A stretch of DNA of 63,507 bases, the filler included, from Octopus bimaculoides (Eukaryota): the NCBI RefSeq assembly GCF_001194135.2. It is 6 parts of 6 records of this genome, joined end to end, with 100 filler letters (N's around TTAATTAATTAA, not from the genome) between each part and the next. Parts side by side here need not be neighbours in the genome. Positions count along the whole stretch, not along the records: positions 59,934 to 63,507 come from NC_068987.1; 5 more parts are not named here. One strand, written 5' to 3'. Position numbers and translations under genes: made by a program. Each line of letters opens with the position of its first letter. Position 1 is the first letter of the stretch. Below, piece after piece: positions 60,445-63,507 of the stretch. Under the pieces are notes generated by a model. That model worked only from the letters and a program-made list of their open reading frames with translations, did no database searches and was not told the origin of the DNA.

Positions 60445-61240
60445 AGATTACAAGTTCAGGTTTATACTGGTAATTATTGGTGCACTGAAATATGTAACAT
60501 GCTGCCTAAATATCAATCTTGAGAAATTAGGCTTCTCAAAACCAGAAAGGAGAAAGCTGATTCGAAGACTACAGATTCAATTCATTATTGGAACTGTAAA
60601 AATCTGTAAAACTTTCCAGAAGTTTTATCATTTAAGTATATATGAGCATGTTTAGATATGCAATTATGTAACTATATGCCTGAGAATACATGCATAAAAC
60701 AAGACATATACATCCTCACATATACATACATACAAAAATACCGTTGTTGATGTTGAAATTCCAATGAAGGAGCCTTGGATCAAGGTTAGAAACCAGTTCG
60801 TTCTCTATTGGCAAGAAATCGTAAAATGAAACTGAATAATGACATACATACACATGCACACATACATACATACATACATACATACATACATACATACGGA
60901 AAGGAGAAAGCTGATTCGAAGACTACACATCCAAGCTATCACTGAAACTAAAAATCTGTAAACCTTTCCAGAAGTTTATCTTTTAAGTATATATGAACAT
61001 GTTTAGATATGCAACTATATGCATGAGAATACATACATAAAATAAACCATACAAATCTGCGCTTATACATACATACATACATACATATATACATACATGC
61101 ATATATACATACATATATACATACATACATTCATACATACCCTGTTGTTGTAATTCCAATGAAGAAGCCTTGGATCTCGGTTACAAAACGGTTCTTTCTC
61201 TTTTGGCAAGAAATCGTAAAATAAAACTGAAAAATGCCTT
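60445..61240 (+). mobile_element. RLE-type LINE extreme 3' end with partial tandem duplication
   Basis: FILVIIGALKYVTCCLNINLEKLGFSKPERRKLIRRLQIQFIIGTVKICKTF at 60450-60625. AAGGAGAAAGCTGATTCGAAGACTACA recurs at about 60900, and TTCCAATGAAG.AGCCTTGGATC at about 60775 and 61155. Confidence 0.7.
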
Positions 61241-62097
61241 CGCAACACGCCCAATACTGAGCAATAACAATAAAGGACCGAATCAGTGCGTGTGCTTATT
61301 ATTATGGGTATAATGCTCCTCCCAAGGTTCAATAGTATTTCTTTCAATACAGGAATTCACATCAAGAATCTTGCAAACTAAATACAAATACGAACTATAT
61401 AAACATACATACATGTATATNNNNNNNNNNNNNNNNNNNNNNNNNNNNNNNNNNNNNNNNNNNNNNNNNNNNNNNNNNNNNNNNNNNNNNNNNNNNNNNN
61501 NNNNNNNNNNNNNNNNNNNNNNNNNNNNNNNNNNNNNNNNNNNNNNNNNNNNNNNNNNNNNNNNNNNNNNNNNNNNNNNNNNNNNNNNNNNNNNNNNNNN
61601 NNNNNNNNNNNNNNNNNNNNNNNNNNNNNNNNNNNNNNNNNNNNNNNNNNNNNNNNNNNNNNNNNNNNNNNNNNNNNNNNNNNNNNNNNNNNNNNNNNNN
61701 NNNNNNNNNNNNNNNNNNNNNNNNNNNNNNNNNNNNNNNNNNNNNNNNNNNNNNNNNNNNNNNNNNNNNNNNNNNNNNNNNNNNNNNNNNNNNNNNNNNN
61801 NNNNNNNNNNNNNNNNNNNNNNNNNNNNNNNNNNNNNNNNNNNNNNNNNNNNNNNNNNNNNNNNNNNNNNNNNNNNNNNNNNNNNNNNNNNNNNNNNNNN
61901 NNNNNNNNNNNNNNNNNNNNNNNNNNNNNNNNNNNNNNNNNNNNNNNNNNNNNNNNNNNNNNNNNNNNNNNNNNNNNNNNNNNNNNNNNNNNNNNNNNNN
62001 NNNNNNNNNNNNNNNNNNNNNNNNNNNNNNNNNNNNNNNNNNNNNNNNNNNNNNNNNNNNNNNNNNNNNNNNNNNNNNNNNNNNNNNNNNNNNNNNN

Positions 62098-62135
<38 letters not shown>

Positions 62136-62809
62136 ATAATAAAACGAATGGTTTACGCCTGGTAGTTTACTGGTAAAGCACGGTCAAGTTCGCAGTGACC
62201 GTTATGTATATGGCAAATGAAAGACGGAATATGGAAAATGGGATACATGAGAGTTTATTATTAATCACGACTCACGACAATTGTTTCGATACATCTAGCA
62301 TCAATCCCTCTTGGTTGGGACACTCAACAACTGGTTCAGGAGCATCCGGCTGTGCCGATGTATCTCGTCGAGTGATAAAATAAATACAACTCGTTAAAAC
62401 AAACTGTTTCGCCGTGTAATTTCCTGTTTTGTAGAAAGAAAAGCGGCCAGACGGATTGAAATATCTTCATTTATATAGAAAATCAAAAATAAAATCACAG
62501 ATGACAAAAAGAGAAACGAACACGCAATCCAACGAGAAATGTATTAAGAATAACCGTTAACAAATATGGATGTATAAACACCCTCGGCAAGCTGCATGGC
62601 GCGAGTACACTCGCTCATACAAGCATCCGCAAGAATGTGCATCTAAATACCAACCAAGGAGATGTAAACCATAATGATAAACACCAATTACGATCAATTT
62701 ATAGTAATAGAAATACTTATGATACAGCTAACACAGTAACAAAGTCGGTAAATGGAGATGGGACTGTCTTATATACAGATAGACAGCTTGAGAATCAAGA
62801 GAGTCTCTG

Positions 62810-63507
62810 TTAAAAACAAGATAAATCTGTAACAGAGTGACAGAGTCTCAGCCAGCCAGCTAGCCAGCCAGCTAGCCAGCCAGATGGACAGACAGGAAGA
62901 CAGTCAAGGGAGTATCTGCCCCCTGTCTCTGTCTCTGTCTTTCATTCTCTCTTAAAAACAAGACAACTGAGTAACGGACAGCTAGTCAGTCCATCAGTGA
63001 GCTAGCCAGATAGATAGATAGCTAGATAGTCACTCAAGAGCTCTCTGCCTCTTAAAAACAAGGCCACTCAGGAATAAGAGACGGACAAGTATACACAGAG
63101 AGTGTCAGCCAGACAGACATAGAGGAAACAGACGGATAGTTAGACAGAGTCGAGCGTGTTTCTAACCCTCTTAAAAATAAGATAACTCAGTAATAACAGA
63201 CAGATAGACAAGCAGACACGTGGTCAGATAAATAGACACAGACCGAGTCAAGGGTCTCCTCTTACCATCTCTCACTCTTATTCTCTCTCACTCTTCTTAA
63301 AAGCAAAACAGCCCAGAAACAGCAGACATGTAGACTGACAACCAGGTAGGCAGGCAGAAAGGCAGACAGGCAGCCGGATAGATAGGCATAGACAGAGTCT
63401 CGCTCTCTCTCTTTCTCTCTCTCTCTCTTTCTCTCACGCATATATAATCTCTCTTCTTAATAGCAAAACTGCTCAGAAACAACAGACAGACAGGCAAATA
63501 GACAGAC
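62810..63507. repeat. Degenerate tandem array: conserved TTAAAAACAAGA-type anchor with variable (AGAC)/(CT)-rich spacers
   Basis: Anchors at 62810, 62952, 63052, 63171, 63297 and 63457 (periods 142, 100, 119, 126, 160 bp); runs off the window end. Confidence 0.8.

Noticed and set aside
62810-63507. CRISPR-like repeat-spacer appearance
   Set aside because: Eukaryotic context, degenerate anchors, variable 100-160 bp periods, mutually similar low-complexity spacers and no cas genes.

Overview
AT-rich, microsatellite-dense, gapped eukaryotic scaffold. The SINE families, (TA)n/(CA)n/(TACA)n load and RTE/R4/CR1 content point to a coleoid cephalopod, most likely Octopus; this is inferred from the repeat landscape, not searched. 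Two host genes are supported, both on the minus strand. (1) A ZFYVE19/ANCHR-like FYVE protein in one 1.4 kb ORF (35870-37276) that lacks the C-terminal Cys-rich zinc domain. (2) About 2.6 kb downstream, a spliced type II membrane TNF-superfamily ligand that the ORF track fragments: exon 33259-32630 (long acidic cytosolic tail plus TM helix), an unresolved stalk exon, exon 27769-27722 (strand A) and exon 26679-26291 (rest of the TNF homology domain). Weaker signals are an RFX X-box promoter-like site at 12.4 kb and a chain of small plus-strand exon candidates at 41.7-50.0 kb. The rest is mostly decayed transposons: Merlin, mariner, maT/DD37D, long-TIR Tc1, hAT, Chapaev3-like, Naiad-type Penelope, R4/Dong, RTE, CR1/Jockey, solo LTRs and four SINE-like families. 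There are also several tandem and inverted repeats. All protein assignments are from motif recognition by eye; no database search was run. Repeat boundaries are approximate (tens of bp) unless a TSD or TIR is quoted.
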